Virus record (IMG/VR): IMGVR_UViG_3300005286_000296 | Span: 1-35,610 of that record | DNA: 35,610 bases | Source of the DNA: a virus | Lineage: Duplodnaviria; Caudoviricetes | Reading direction: 5' to 3' (one strand) | Shown here: positions 34,244 through 35,610 of the stretch, one piece after another | How positions within the stretch are numbered: position 1 is the first letter of the stretch | Layout: each line of letters opens with the position of its first letter | Program-made: the position numbers and the translations under genes | The notes under the pieces: generated by a model | What the model was told of the DNA's origin: nothing | The model's database searches: none | The model's input: only the letters and a program-made list of their open reading frames with translations

Positions 34244-35528
34244 CGCCGGGCGGGGCGGCTACGGCGGATCATCCTACATCGACAGCGTGATCCTGCGCGA
34301 CCGCGAGACCAGCGCCAAGTGGCACGAGGCCGCGGACGACAAACGCGAGGAGCGTCGCTACTACTGCCAGAACTGGCGGGCGGACGTCTCGGCAATCCTG
34401 ACCGACGCGGGCGCGATGGTCGAGTGGGTGAAGTACTCCGCCTACGGCGTGCCCTTCACGCTGCCCGCCGGCGACACGGACAGTGACGGCGACTGGGATG
34501 CCACCGACTCCGCCGCCATCACCGGCACCTACGACGTCCGCAAGGACGCCAACCTCGACGGCACGATCAGCGCCGCCGATATCACGCACGCCAACTCCAT
34601 CACCGGCGGCTACCAGACCCTCGGCCGGGGCATCCTCTCCAGCAGCGCCGTCGCCAACCGCAAGGGCTACGCCGGCTATGAGTACGACCCCACCTTCGAG
34701 GGCGCTGGCGCGGGGGGGCGGCACCTCTACCACGTCCGCCACCGCGTCTACGACGCCGACATGGGACGATGGATGAGGCGAGATCCCATCGGTTACCTGG
34801 CGTTCATGAACCTCTACGACTACTGCCACTCCGATCCGCTCGGGTGGACGGACGCGGATGGTCAGACCCCGTGGTCATGTCTTGGATGCATGGCTTGTCT
34901 TGGCGCAGTCGCGGCATCTTGCTCGATCCTGTGCACGAACGACCACTGGGACACGCCTGGCGAGGGCTTCTGGAGCTGCTTCTTCAAGTGTGTGGAGGCA
35001 ACACCGGACGCGGCGCCGCTGCTGACTGAGGCGTGCGCGGGCGTCTGCGGCACATGTATGCTCAAAGTCAAGCTGCCTAAGAAACCCCCCGGAATCAAGT
35101 CACCCGCAAAGACGCCGCCGAAGTCACCGCCACCCAAGAAGCCGCCACCGAAGCGAAAGCCAGGCAAGGGCAAGGATCGATTCTGCGACTGGTGCGACGG
35201 TATCCATGATGCATACAAAGCAGCATGTGCCGTCCCCTGCCCACCCGGTCTCAGCTGCGTCGCGTACGACGCCATCGTCAAGGCGGCCGAGACTTGTGTG
35301 GATCTCCGCAGCAAGTACATGCAGTTGGGCTGTCAGGAGAAGTGCTACACAACTACCCCCGATCACCCGGGGCAACTTGAGCAAATGATTAAGAAGCTCG
35401 AGAAGTGCCGGGGCTACCAAAAAGCGGCTTGCTTGAAGGAGTCTCAGCCCACGACCACGACGGTCATGGGCTGTGGCACCTGTGGCTCAACTTCACTTGT
35501 TGGGGGCATCCCCGGGGAATGCCCATGA
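34244..35528 (+). CDS. Orphan Rhs core fragment with Cys-rich C-terminal toxin domain (no native start)
   Basis: YSAYG, KGYAGYEYD, YHVRHRVYDADMGRWMRRDPIG, NLYDYCHSDPLGWTDADG; EF-hand/dockerin-like DTDSDGDWD and DANLDGTI; composition shift after the core. Confidence 0.82.
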
Positions 35529-35610
35529 CGAGGGCGCTTGATTCATGGATAGAAGCGGCAGAAAGTGCTTGGTCCAGGGATCTAGTGGGCGCTGCGCCTC
35601 ACATCCATCA
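35525..35610 (+). CDS. Start of a probable Rhs immunity protein (runs off the window)
   Basis: ATGA overlap with the Rhs stop; frame open to the window end (MTRALDSWIEAAESAW...). Confidence 0.5.
   Translation, partial: MTRALDSWIEAAESAWSRDLVGAAPHIH

Overview
High-GC window with three parts. The gene families resemble those of Planctomycetota/Phycisphaerales, which is an inference from family style only. (1) 1-17.9 kb: the morphogenesis operon of a siphophage-like prophage. It carries a GpA-type terminase, a zinc-ribbon protein, a gpW-like protein, a lambda-type portal, a fused protease-capsid, DUF2190, head-tail proteins, tail chaperones, a lipoprotein, a tape measure and two tail-region genes. 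It ends in an unusual translationally coupled trio: a SAM methyltransferase, a DUF115/Maf-like transferase, and a Ser/Gly low-complexity protein with a central Hint (intein-like) domain. The segment where the tail-tube gene should lie (about 7381-9690) holds an unrelated 2.3 kb cassette instead: a putative membrane toxin/immunity pair with a near-consensus sigma70 promoter, plus an Fn3-like gene. Both flanking phage genes are truncated. (2) 18-33.6 kb: a defence island with an HTH gene, DUF499-like ATPase, PglZ-like phosphatase, DUF1156-like adenine methylase, an unknown gene, SNF2 helicase, fused GmrSD (DUF262-DUF1524), a HEPN-like protein, a structured 600 bp spacer, an AAA ATPase and a truncated S8-peptidase partner. 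(3) 33.6-35.6 kb: a zinc-ribbon membrane protein, a transposase remnant, and an orphan Rhs core with a Cys-rich C-terminal toxin and the start of a probable immunity gene. All family calls come from motif recognition by eye; no searches were run.
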